Below are positions 26,134 to 33,826 of a DNA stretch of 39,177 bases, piece by piece. The stretch lies in the NCBI GenBank assembly GCA_937896295.1, contig CALBME010000086.1, positions 1 to 39,177 of the forward strand, read 5' to 3'. Below the pieces are notes generated by a model that saw only the letters and a program-made list of their open reading frames with translations, searched no databases and had not been told where the DNA came from. The translations under genes were made by a program, and so were the position numbers. Source of the stretch: an uncultured Micavibrio sp. (GTDB taxonomy: Bacteria > Pseudomonadota > Alphaproteobacteria > Micavibrionales > UBA1664). Positions within the stretch are counted from its first letter, which is position 1, and each line of letters starts with the position of its first letter.

Positions 26134-27942
26134 TTACGGCGTAATGTTTGGCGGGACATACTGACGGTCGGCGCAGGCGTTCGCTACGTTTGCACCTTCC
26201 AGGCAGCGCCCGGTGGTGTTGATGATGGGCAGCGGCGCGTTACGGTCCGCATTACTGGTTGTACCGGCGCTCACCAGCGCATTTCCGGCCAGGAACTGAA
26301 GGTCGGCATTGCTGCCGCCCGGCTGCGCGCTGGTCACATTGATGGTGCCCGTATCGGCGATTTCACCGGCGATGGCGGTATAGGCTGAAGGCACGCCGCC
26401 GTTCATGATCGGCGTACTGCCCACCACGGTCGCGGTTGAATTGCTTAAATTCAGGGTGTTTGTGATCTGTGCCTGTGTACCGGTGCTGTCTGTAACGTGG
26501 ACCTGCGCACTATTGCCGGTCATCGTATCGGTAATCAGTTCGGCTGTGACGCCGCCGCCAAAATTCCGGACCATCATGTTTCCGGACAGGTTGGTGGATG
26601 TGGTGACGTTCATCTGCGCGGGGCCGGTGGTCGTGCCTGCGCTGATGGAATCAAAGGTCGGCGTATCCAGTCGGTCGCTGACCAGTGCGTTGGCTTCGCT
26701 GATGGAACCGATCAGGGCATGACCCTTTGCCGCCACGTTGTTGGAATAGGCATAGGCATTGCGTTCCACAACCAGTGTGCCATTGGGGACGTTAAAGCGG
26801 TCATTCACGCCCGCAGGCAATGCGCGGGTATTGTAGACGCGCAGGTCACTGCCCAGGGCGATATTACCGTTCACGCGCATGGAATCGTCGTTACCGTTAC
26901 CGATGAAAACATTGGTATCACCGCCGAAATCGGCGGTCTGCGGCATGGCTACAAGGCGCTGTGCCTGGATATTGGCGACATGGTTGATGTTGTAACGCAG
27001 GTCAGTGGTGGCGGAATCCGACAGCGCGTCGCACACATTGGTGGTTTCCTGATATGTGGCGCCGGCCGCATTCGTTGCCGTAAATTGCACCTGATTGGAT
27101 GTCAGTGAACAATCGCCCGTCGGCGTTCCCATGCCAAGATCGGTCAGCATGGTGGCGTAGCCGGGATTTTCCGGCTGCGGAAAGCGTAAAACCGCGCGTA
27201 AATCCGGTTGAACGGCCTTCCACGCCGGCATGATCAGCGCACCGGGTTCAAGCACTGTCGGGCCGCCAAGGGGCGCCACAAGCGCGGCGAATTCATCGGG
27301 ACGCAGGCAGCCTGTATCCCAGATGGCCGCCGCCGGGCCGCCGCCGCGGCAATCTGCCGAAACGTTGGTGTCGGTGCTGTCAAACAAGGGGGCGGTGATG
27401 GCGACGTTTTCTTTTCGGATGGCGGCGACCATTTCAACCGTCAGGTTTTTGGCGCCTTTACCGCCCGGTGCGTAATACACGAATGCCGAAGGCACGGTTG
27501 CGGGGTCCGTCGGTGACGATGCAATACCGTTCGGGCCCCAGTTGGCCATGATGATAAAGACAGGCATGTTCAGTGCGTTGATCTGCTGGCCGCCGGCATC
27601 GACGCGTCCGAAATTACCAGGCAGGTAACCGTCCGCAATCAGTGTCGCCAGCGGAATGGATGTTGGCGTGGCGGCAGTGGCGCGCAATGTGGCATCGGCG
27701 GCATAACGGTCGCGCATGTAAAGACGCGCGGCCTTGGCGATCTCGACCAGTTCCCATCCGGCGACACGCGCCTCTATCTTGCGGACTTCAAAGCTGCTGA
27801 AACGGGCAATGGTGACAAGGATGGCACCGAAGAAGGCGACAAAAATCAAAGCCAGTAAAAGCGAAATGCCTTTCTGGTCCCTTCTCCCTGCGCACAAGGG
27901 AGGCGTGATGGCTCTGACGGCCTTTATACGTCTCCGTGTCAT
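26134..27942 (-). CDS. large pilin-like protein lacking Glu5 (602 aa)
   Basis: Basic leader, then 'KG/ISLLLALIFVAFFGAILV', a hydrophobic pilin-type helix with Leu at position 5. T/N/G-rich C-terminal half like its two neighbours. Its stop lies 3 nt before the next start. Confidence 0.65.
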   Translation of the reverse strand: MTRRRIKAVRAITPPLCAGRRDQKGISLLLALIFVAFFGAILVTIARFSSFEVRKIEARVAGWELVEIAKAARLYMRDRYAADATLRATAATPTSIPLATLIADGYLPGNFGRVDAGGQQINALNMPVFIIMANWGPNGIASSPTDPATVPSAFVYYAPGGKGAKNLTVEMVAAIRKENVAITAPLFDSTDTNVSADCRGGGPAAAIWDTGCLRPDEFAALVAPLGGPTVLEPGALIMPAWKAVQPDLRAVLRFPQPENPGYATMLTDLGMGTPTGDCSLTSNQVQFTATNAAGATYQETTNVCDALSDSATTDLRYNINHVANIQAQRLVAMPQTADFGGDTNVFIGNGNDDSMRVNGNIALGSDLRVYNTRALPAGVNDRFNVPNGTLVVERNAYAYSNNVAAKGHALIGSISEANALVSDRLDTPTFDSISAGTTTGPAQMNVTTSTNLSGNMMVRNFGGGVTAELITDTMTGNSAQVHVTDSTGTQAQITNTLNLSNSTATVVGSTPIMNGGVPSAYTAIAGEIADTGTINVTSAQPGGSNADLQFLAGNALVSAGTTSNADRNAPLPIINTTGRCLEGANVANACADRQYVPPNITP

Positions 27943-28030
27943 GATACCATATTGTAGATTAAGGGGATTAAGACTTTGTGAACTCTTGATAAATTCTACC
28001 TGAATCGCTTTTTAAAGGGATGGAAAAAGC

Positions 28031-28062
28031 ACAAAGAAAAGAGGCCCCGAAAAGGGGCCTCT
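28031..28062 (-). terminator. Rho-independent terminator / attenuator after the major pilin gene
   Basis: On the minus strand: AGAGGCCCC-uuuuc-GGGGCCUCU followed by UUUCUUUGU. Lies 29 nt after the pilin stop. Confidence 0.65.
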
Positions 28063-28090
28063 TTGTATTCAAGTCCTTGAAAGACCGGTC

Positions 28091-28648
28091 TTACTGGAAG
28101 GTCCAGGTCATTTCGTTGTTGGCGGCGGTGTCAGAGCAGGCTGCGGTCATCTGAGCCTGGGTGATTGCACCGGACGTCTGGTCAAAGGTCGTGCCACCGG
28201 CAACCAGCGAGATAAAGTCGTTGGCGTTCTGTGCACTGAACTGTTGGCCCAGGCGGATGCATGCACCGCGCGGAACGTTGGTAAACACGATTTCAAAGCG
28301 GTTGTCTTGAGCATTGACTTCAACCGGGCCGAACGGGCCTTTTGCAGTCATTGCAGCGCCGGCGCCGTTGGTACCGAGATCCGACGGAAGCGCGCGCATG
28401 TCAGCGAGTTCTCCCAGGATGTTGGCGTTGGCAGCACCGTATGTGGATTGCCCCTGATAAGCCTGCTGAACCTGTTGTTTCAGCGTAGTCAGAAGACGGG
28501 TGGCTTGGTTGGTATTGTTATTTTCCGAGACAAGGCGGTAAGCGCCGAGACCGGCGAGGATAAGGACCGCGCCGACGGCAACAACCAGCAGCAACTCGAG
28601 AAGTGAGAAGCCGGACTGGCGGCGTGTATTAGGGCAATTGATTTTCAT
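28091..28648 (-). CDS. pilS: type IV major pilin (R64 PilS-like, type IVb)
   Basis: 'MKINCPNTRRQSG/FSLLELLLVVAVGAVLILAGLGAY' prepilin cleavage/methylation motif with Glu5. C-terminal Cys pair (GACIRL...AACSD). Codon usage suggests high expression. Symbol follows R64 nomenclature. Confidence 0.85.
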   Translation of the reverse strand: MKINCPNTRRQSGFSLLELLLVVAVGAVLILAGLGAYRLVSENNNTNQATRLLTTLKQQVQQAYQGQSTYGAANANILGELADMRALPSDLGTNGAGAAMTAKGPFGPVEVNAQDNRFEIVFTNVPRGACIRLGQQFSAQNANDFISLVAGGTTFDQTSGAITQAQMTAACSDTAANNEMTWTFQ

Positions 28649-28711
28649 GTGTTTTTTTCTCCAGGCTTTCAGAATAGGCGGATTCGCCTAAAAATTTATT
28701 AAACTACGAAC

Positions 28712-28739
28712 ATTCTGATCTATTTGTTGAAACTGTCAA
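28712..28739 (-). promoter_or_regulatory. candidate sigma-70-type promoter for the pilin gene
   Basis: Minus strand: TTGACA, 16-nt spacer, CAGAAT. About 60 nt upstream of the pilin ATG in a 148-nt AT-rich spacer. Confidence 0.3.
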
Positions 28740-28796
28740 TGCGTCACAAGTACCTCATTTGATTCAATTTTTGGTGTGACAATTTGTGCCGGATCT

Positions 28797-29876
28797 TTAT
28801 TCCTGCGACGTCTGAATCTGCTGGAATACCGAGTAAAACGAGATAATCAGGCAGCCGATGACAATGGCGATCAGGATCAGGATGACGAAATTGACGATTT
28901 TCATCGCCGTATTGACCTTCTCGACCAGCCCGTCCACCCACGTATTAGTGACGCGGATCAGGTTCTGGTCGAATCCGCGCAGGCGGGCGTAAATCTGAAG
29001 ATCGCCGATAATTTCGGCATCCGGGAATTCATATCCCGTGTTGAACAGGGCGTCGCCCAGGTTTTCGCCACCGGCGATATATTTCTGCAGGGCTTTGACG
29101 CGCTGTTTCAGGTAAGGCGATGACAGGCGGCTGATACGCTGCAGACTGACCTCGTCCAGTTTGACCCCTGCCGACATCAACGACGCGATAGAAAGCAGGA
29201 ACGCCGAACCCTGCCACATCTTATACATGCTGTATGGCACCATCCGGTCGGCATAAATGCGCGCCTTTCCGGTCCAGCGCGGCATGGACATACTGACCGT
29301 CACAATGACGCCGCACACACCCATGAGAATGAACAGGCCCTGTTCACGGATGAATCGCGCCGCGATGGCGACACCGTAAGCGACGCCCTCCCATTTATCG
29401 ACGGGAATGATCTGCTCGAACGTCGGAATCACCTTGAAGGATGACAGCACCATGGCCGCCACCAGCATGGCGACCAGCACGGCCGGGTATGCGCCGGCGG
29501 TGATGATCGCCTTTTTGATCTTGCCCTGGTTTTCGATGGCATCGGCCGCATTGTGCAGGGATTTGAGGAGTTTGCCCGAGTTCGCGCCGGTTTCGATCAG
29601 GATGGCTTCGGCGCTGGGAACATAGGGGCCGACACACTGGCCGAAGTTCATGCCTTCCGCCACGTTGTTACGCCATTTTTTATACAGTTTGGGCAGGGCC
29701 GAGCGCGGCTTGTTGCGCGCGGCAATTCTGCCGATTTGCGCCAGCGCCGTATCAAGCGACACACCGTTCTCGAGCAGTTGCATCAGCTTGATGTAAAATT
29801 TCTGCCGCTGCTCTCCGCTGAACTCCATTTTAACGGAGAGATTGAACCAGGTGTCTGTCTTGCGCTTTTTGGCCAT
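28797..29876 (-). CDS. pilR: type IV pilus inner-membrane platform protein (GspF/PilC family; R64 PilR equivalent)
   Basis: 359 aa with a cytoplasmic helical domain plus three or more TM segments. Lies directly after the GspE-type ATPase. Symbol follows R64 nomenclature. Confidence 0.85.
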   Translation of the reverse strand: MAKKRKTDTWFNLSVKMEFSGEQRQKFYIKLMQLLENGVSLDTALAQIGRIAARNKPRSALPKLYKKWRNNVAEGMNFGQCVGPYVPSAEAILIETGANSGKLLKSLHNAADAIENQGKIKKAIITAGAYPAVLVAMLVAAMVLSSFKVIPTFEQIIPVDKWEGVAYGVAIAARFIREQGLFILMGVCGVIVTVSMSMPRWTGKARIYADRMVPYSMYKMWQGSAFLLSIASLMSAGVKLDEVSLQRISRLSSPYLKQRVKALQKYIAGGENLGDALFNTGYEFPDAEIIGDLQIYARLRGFDQNLIRVTNTWVDGLVEKVNTAMKIVNFVILILIAIVIGCLIISFYSVFQQIQTSQE

Positions 29877-29894
29877 GGGTATCGTCCCTTTCGC

Positions 29895-31448
29895 CTATCC
29901 GCGCTTGGGAAGAATGATCGGACCCACGATACGCTCGGCATCGCCCGGGTCCACTTCGCCTGCACGCAGGCGATCGACCATATGCTCCATCATGTTTTTA
30001 CCGTTCAGCGATGTCAGCCAGTATTGCTCGGCGTCCTGCTTCTGGTCGCGGCGCACCATATCCATGAACGTGTTGTCGGGAATGATGATTTCCGAGACGA
30101 CGGTACGGCTTGAATAACCAGTACTGTTGCATTTCGGGCAACCCTGCGGGTTACGCTTGCGCAGGCGTTCCACGGGCACCTGCGCGGCTTCAAGGCGCGC
30201 CAGCAGGTTGTAGTTAAGCTCTTTTTCCTCGATCGGCAGGCAGCATGACTTGCACAGTTTGCGAACCAGGCGCTGTGAAATCATACCCGTCATCAGCGTG
30301 GGATCGCACAGCTTGTATTCCTCGACCTCAAGGTCACGCAGACGGAAAGGAATGGTGATCGCATCGTTGGAGTGGAGCGACGTCCACACTTGGTGGCCGG
30401 TCATCGCGGCTTCAAACGCAAGGCCGGCGGATGCGGCGTCGCGCACCTCACCGATCATGATACGGTCCGGGTTCGAACGCATGGCGGCGGCGATGGCCTT
30501 GGTGAACTGGGCCGCACGCTCTTCCTGCGTGTTGGCGTTGGTCACCGGCATCTGCACGGCGCCCTGAATCGGGTATTCCGGCGGATCTTCCACGGTGTAG
30601 AAGGCGAGGTTGTAATTATATTCCTTCAGAATCGCGATGATGTTCCGCTGCAGGGTCGTGGATTTGCCGTGACCCGTGGGGCCTGCGACCACGTTGATGC
30701 CATACGGCTTGGAGCGCAGGAACTCGAAATCCTCCAGCTGCTCGGGCGTGAAACCGAGGGCCGCGACGTCACCGGCGGTTTTGTCGTCGGTGTTGTACAG
30801 GATACGCAAAATCATTGCGCGACCGTCATAAACGGTCGGGTTGAACTGCAGACGAAGGGAAATCACGCCCTCCGGCAACTGCAGGTCCTTACGGTTCGAA
30901 ACCCGCGCACCCTGATATTCATAGGGCTGGTAGTTGACGTCGGCGGCATCCGCCATGGTGAACGCGGCGGCGCAGAAGCTATGGCCGTATTCCGGCGGCC
31001 ATTCGGCGATGTGTTCCATGGCGCCCGCGACCCGCGCGCGTACAAGGCAGCTTTGTTCATAGACGACAACGTGAATATCCGAAACCCGGCGCTTGGCCAT
31101 GTCACCAACGAGGTTCAACACCTCGCGGCGCATCCGCACCTCGTCCTGTTTGGAACGGAAGTCGAAAGATCCGGCCGTACGTTCGTACGAAAGCTGGACG
31201 CGGTTCAGTTCGACGCCTTCGATGACCGGCTCGGGGTAACCGTTTGCGCGGATCTCGGCGATCAGGGACAGGATATGCGGCGACGACCGGTGCGACTTGG
31301 ACACGATCATCTTACCGTCGATATAATAGGCGGCAATCTGGCGCAGGTTCTGGCCGCGATCCAGCGGCCCACCCTCCGCCGTCAGCGGTACGGCGGGATC
31401 CCAGTGGTCATTGGCTTTCTTCTTGCCTGGCAGAAGAGAAAACGCCAT
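29895..31448 (-). CDS. pilQ: type IV pilus assembly ATPase (GspE/PilB family; R64 PilQ equivalent)
   Basis: Walker A 'GPTGHGKST', Asp box 'VEDPPE', Walker B 'RIMIGEVRD', His box 'TGHQVWTSLH' and a tetracysteine 'CKSCC...CPKC'. TGATG overlap with the upstream gene. Symbol follows R64 nomenclature; this is not the type IVa secretin. Confidence 0.92.
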   Translation of the reverse strand: MAFSLLPGKKKANDHWDPAVPLTAEGGPLDRGQNLRQIAAYYIDGKMIVSKSHRSSPHILSLIAEIRANGYPEPVIEGVELNRVQLSYERTAGSFDFRSKQDEVRMRREVLNLVGDMAKRRVSDIHVVVYEQSCLVRARVAGAMEHIAEWPPEYGHSFCAAAFTMADAADVNYQPYEYQGARVSNRKDLQLPEGVISLRLQFNPTVYDGRAMILRILYNTDDKTAGDVAALGFTPEQLEDFEFLRSKPYGINVVAGPTGHGKSTTLQRNIIAILKEYNYNLAFYTVEDPPEYPIQGAVQMPVTNANTQEERAAQFTKAIAAAMRSNPDRIMIGEVRDAASAGLAFEAAMTGHQVWTSLHSNDAITIPFRLRDLEVEEYKLCDPTLMTGMISQRLVRKLCKSCCLPIEEKELNYNLLARLEAAQVPVERLRKRNPQGCPKCNSTGYSSRTVVSEIIIPDNTFMDMVRRDQKQDAEQYWLTSLNGKNMMEHMVDRLRAGEVDPGDAERIVGPIILPKRG

Positions 31449-32275
31449 CAGCTTTTCACCCAGTCCAGCGGCTTGACGCCTTTGTCATCACGAATGGTCA
31501 CACCTGCCGGCGTCACGCGCACAACGGTGGTCTTGCCGTCCGGCAGCTTGGCGCCGGTCTTGGCGCGGATTTCATCGCCCTCGGGGCTGACCAGCTTGGC
31601 TTCGACGCCGCCGCCCGCGCTGTAAATTTCACGGATCGTCCAGGGCATGGCCGGTTTTTCAGGCTCTGCCGCCTTCGCCGGCGCTTCGTTGTCCGCAGGC
31701 GCGCTGGAAGGTGCGGGCATGCTGGGCACCGGGCGGCCCTGCGCGATGTTCGGTCCGACATCGGCACCGGCAAGCGCGTTGGCAGGCAGGGGCATCAGGC
31801 CCATGCCGCCCGCGCGTTGTGCGCCTGCCATGCCGGGAGGGGCTTGCAGGCCCAGCGCCGCATCCGCGGCGGCGACGTTTTTGACAACGCTTTCGTTCAG
31901 GCGTTCAAGCAGCTGCGCGCGCTGGACGCACAGCGTGAAACGGTCGATATCTTCCTGCACCTTGGCCAGATCGTCGGGCGACGCGTTCAGCGCGGCTTCC
32001 GGCGCGGGGCACGGATCGGTGGCGGGCGGTCCGTCGTTCTGAACCGTTTTCGGCTGTTCGGGCATGCCGGATGAAGCTGCTGCCTGTTGTTGCGGGGCTG
32101 CAGCCTGCGCCTGTCCCTGGTCTTGCGGCTGCTCCAGCGTGGGGGCTGCTGACGCGCCCGGTGCGTTCAGTTGGGATTCGTCGGGCGCGGCAACGTCCTG
32201 CGCATGGGCGCCTGCGGCAAACGTGATAAACGCAGCCGCTGTCAAAAGACGAAAAAGGGCGGTTCGTGATGTCAT
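31448..32275 (-). CDS. pilP: PilP-like pilus biogenesis protein (R64-type)
   Basis: Signal peptide 'AFITFAAGAHA/Q', a Q/A/P-rich linker, and the C-terminal domain 'PWTIREIYSAGGGVEAKLV...GAKLPDGKTTVVRVTPAGVTI'. Confidence 0.7.
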   Translation of the reverse strand: MTSRTALFRLLTAAAFITFAAGAHAQDVAAPDESQLNAPGASAAPTLEQPQDQGQAQAAAPQQQAAASSGMPEQPKTVQNDGPPATDPCPAPEAALNASPDDLAKVQEDIDRFTLCVQRAQLLERLNESVVKNVAAADAALGLQAPPGMAGAQRAGGMGLMPLPANALAGADVGPNIAQGRPVPSMPAPSSAPADNEAPAKAAEPEKPAMPWTIREIYSAGGGVEAKLVSPEGDEIRAKTGAKLPDGKTTVVRVTPAGVTIRDDKGVKPLDWVKS

Positions 32276-32287
32276 CGTTTTTACTCC

Positions 32288-32995
32288 TTAATTTGCGTTC
32301 GCGGCCAAAAGCTGGCGCGCTTTGGAATTGGCGGCAATCAGGCGGGCGTCGGGGCGCAGGATCAGCTTGGCGCTGTAAACCCAGATTCCGTCGCTGACGC
32401 TTGTCGACATGTTCAGGAACACAAGTCCCGGCAGGTCGAAATATTTTCCGATCATGTTCGGCGGCGTGCTGCTCTTCAATTCGATGGCCAGGTACGGCAT
32501 GTCATCGCGGGTCAGCGGCTTCAGTTCAACCTTGTCTTTACCGATCGCGTTAAAGCCGGACTGTTGAATCATCTCCACACTCTGGACCAGCTGCTGGCTG
32601 GCTGCCGGCACGACCTCCCGCAGGGTGATCTGGCCGATATTCGCAAACCGCTTGGTCAGGATGATGATAGCATAACTTCTGTCCAAAAGCTCCTGTGCTT
32701 CGGTCGGCTCAAGCTTCGCGGTCAGACGGCGGTTGGCGATAAGGTTCTGCGAATCGGCAAAATTACGGGTCACGCCTTCGGGGAAACGCGACAGGTACGG
32801 CTCCACCATTTCATAAGACCCGATCTGGCGGTTCCAATTCCCCTCGACGATTGTGTCTTTGCAGCGCAGGGTTACCATTTTCCAGCCCGGCAACGGCACG
32901 GCCAGCGCGGCAAAGCCGTCGAGACAGCTGTTCATCTGTTCGCTTGGTACCAGCAATCCCATCTTGGTCAGGGACATGCCGCTTTCTTCCTGCAC
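32288..32995 (-). CDS. PilO-like protein, C-terminal (periplasmic) part; probably the downstream half of a frameshifted gene
   Basis: No signal peptide or TM of its own. Its reading frame stays open far upstream into the preceding ORF. GTG (32995) or ATG (32977) start if it is independent. Confidence 0.55.
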   Translation of the reverse strand: MQEESGMSLTKMGLLVPSEQMNSCLDGFAALAVPLPGWKMVTLRCKDTIVEGNWNRQIGSYEMVEPYLSRFPEGVTRNFADSQNLIANRRLTAKLEPTEAQELLDRSYAIIILTKRFANIGQITLREVVPAASQQLVQSVEMIQQSGFNAIGKDKVELKPLTRDDMPYLAIELKSSTPPNMIGKYFDLPGLVFLNMSTSVSDGIWVYSAKLILRPDARLIAANSKARQLLAANAN

Positions 32996-33807
32996 AACGC
33001 TTGGTTCTTTCGGAGGGACCTGCAGTACGTCGGACGACTCGATACCCGGCAGGGGCAGCTGCGCCTCATCGGTACCAGCGACGTCAGAAGGCTTTGCCCC
33101 GCAATCGACACGACCAGCAGCACGACGATGGTTGCGATCGCGCCAAACGCCAGGTTCTTGTTGCGCTTGCCCGAAAAAATAGCATCCAGGTTGACGGGCT
33201 TGAGGATGGATGGCGGCGCCTCGCCAATGACGCGGGAAAGCGGAATTTCACCGGTCGCATCCGGCACGTTCCACGATTCCGGCGCATAGGCGCGCGGCCA
33301 GCGGAATGCTTCGCCCTGCGCCATGAAATGGTTATAGGCGGCTTCTTCGGATGAAAACAGGATATCGCCGTCCGGGGCGATGTTGTCCGAGTGAACGGCG
33401 ACATACCACCAGCCATTGTCGGCTACGAAAACGGCGTGCCACTCGCCGACAAGCGCATCCGCCGCGACGGACGCCAGTGCCGACTGGCCCAGCCGGTGGC
33501 CTTTGCGCAGGTAACCGAAACCATGCTGCGTGACCACGCCCTGACGCATGGTATAGAAATCGGCTTTGAATTCCTTCGCGCGGCCCTTGGCCAGGGCTGT
33601 GTCGCCCTCGTCATCCGCGATCAGCCAGTTGAGACCGACGGCATAACGCTTGTTGTCGTAAAGAAGAATGCCTTCGCCGCTGGGGCCCTTGGCGGGTTGG
33701 GCGGTGATTTCCTCATGCACCGCCGCCTCAGCCTCAGCCATATCCAGTGGCTCATCGAGATCGATGTCCAGGAAATCCTTGTCGCTGTTGTCGTCGTTGC
33801 GGGCCAT
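32968..33807 (-). CDS. PilO-like pilin accessory protein, N-terminal cytoplasmic domain plus TM; the last ~35 codons look out of frame
   Basis: Acidic N-terminus and a globular domain ('YAVGLNWLIADDEGD...WWYVAVHSDNI'). TM helix 'LAFGAIATIVVLLVVSIAG', then an implausible Arg/Cys-rich tail. Confidence 0.6.
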   Translation of the reverse strand: MARNDDNSDKDFLDIDLDEPLDMAEAEAAVHEEITAQPAKGPSGEGILLYDNKRYAVGLNWLIADDEGDTALAKGRAKEFKADFYTMRQGVVTQHGFGYLRKGHRLGQSALASVAADALVGEWHAVFVADNGWWYVAVHSDNIAPDGDILFSSEEAAYNHFMAQGEAFRWPRAYAPESWNVPDATGEIPLSRVIGEAPPSILKPVNLDAIFSGKRNKNLAFGAIATIVVLLVVSIAGQSLLTSLVPMRRSCPCRVSSRPTYCRSLRKNQALCRKKAACP

Positions 33808-33826
33808 GAACGGTTTCCCCGGCTCC

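Noticed and set aside
22877-27942. Shufflon (sfx inverted repeats, rci recombinase) associated with the PilV-like genes
   Set aside because: I found only a single sfx-like fragment (CCAATCCCGGT, read on the minus strand near 23506-23516), no repeated copies, and no tyrosine recombinase ORF in the window.
28779-28798. Sigma-54-like GGCAC-N5-GTCA upstream of the pilin gene (minus strand)
   Set aside because: The -12 element is TTGT/GTCA rather than TTGC and the GG-N10-GC spacing fails. It also lies at the end of the platform-protein coding region.
30372-31625. 417-aa + strand ORF (also 29553-30113, 31244-32074, 32564-33289, 34859-35563 and 35560-36213) opposite the pilus genes
   Set aside because: The minus-strand frames carry unambiguous Walker, secretin and pilin motifs. 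These are antisense shadows.
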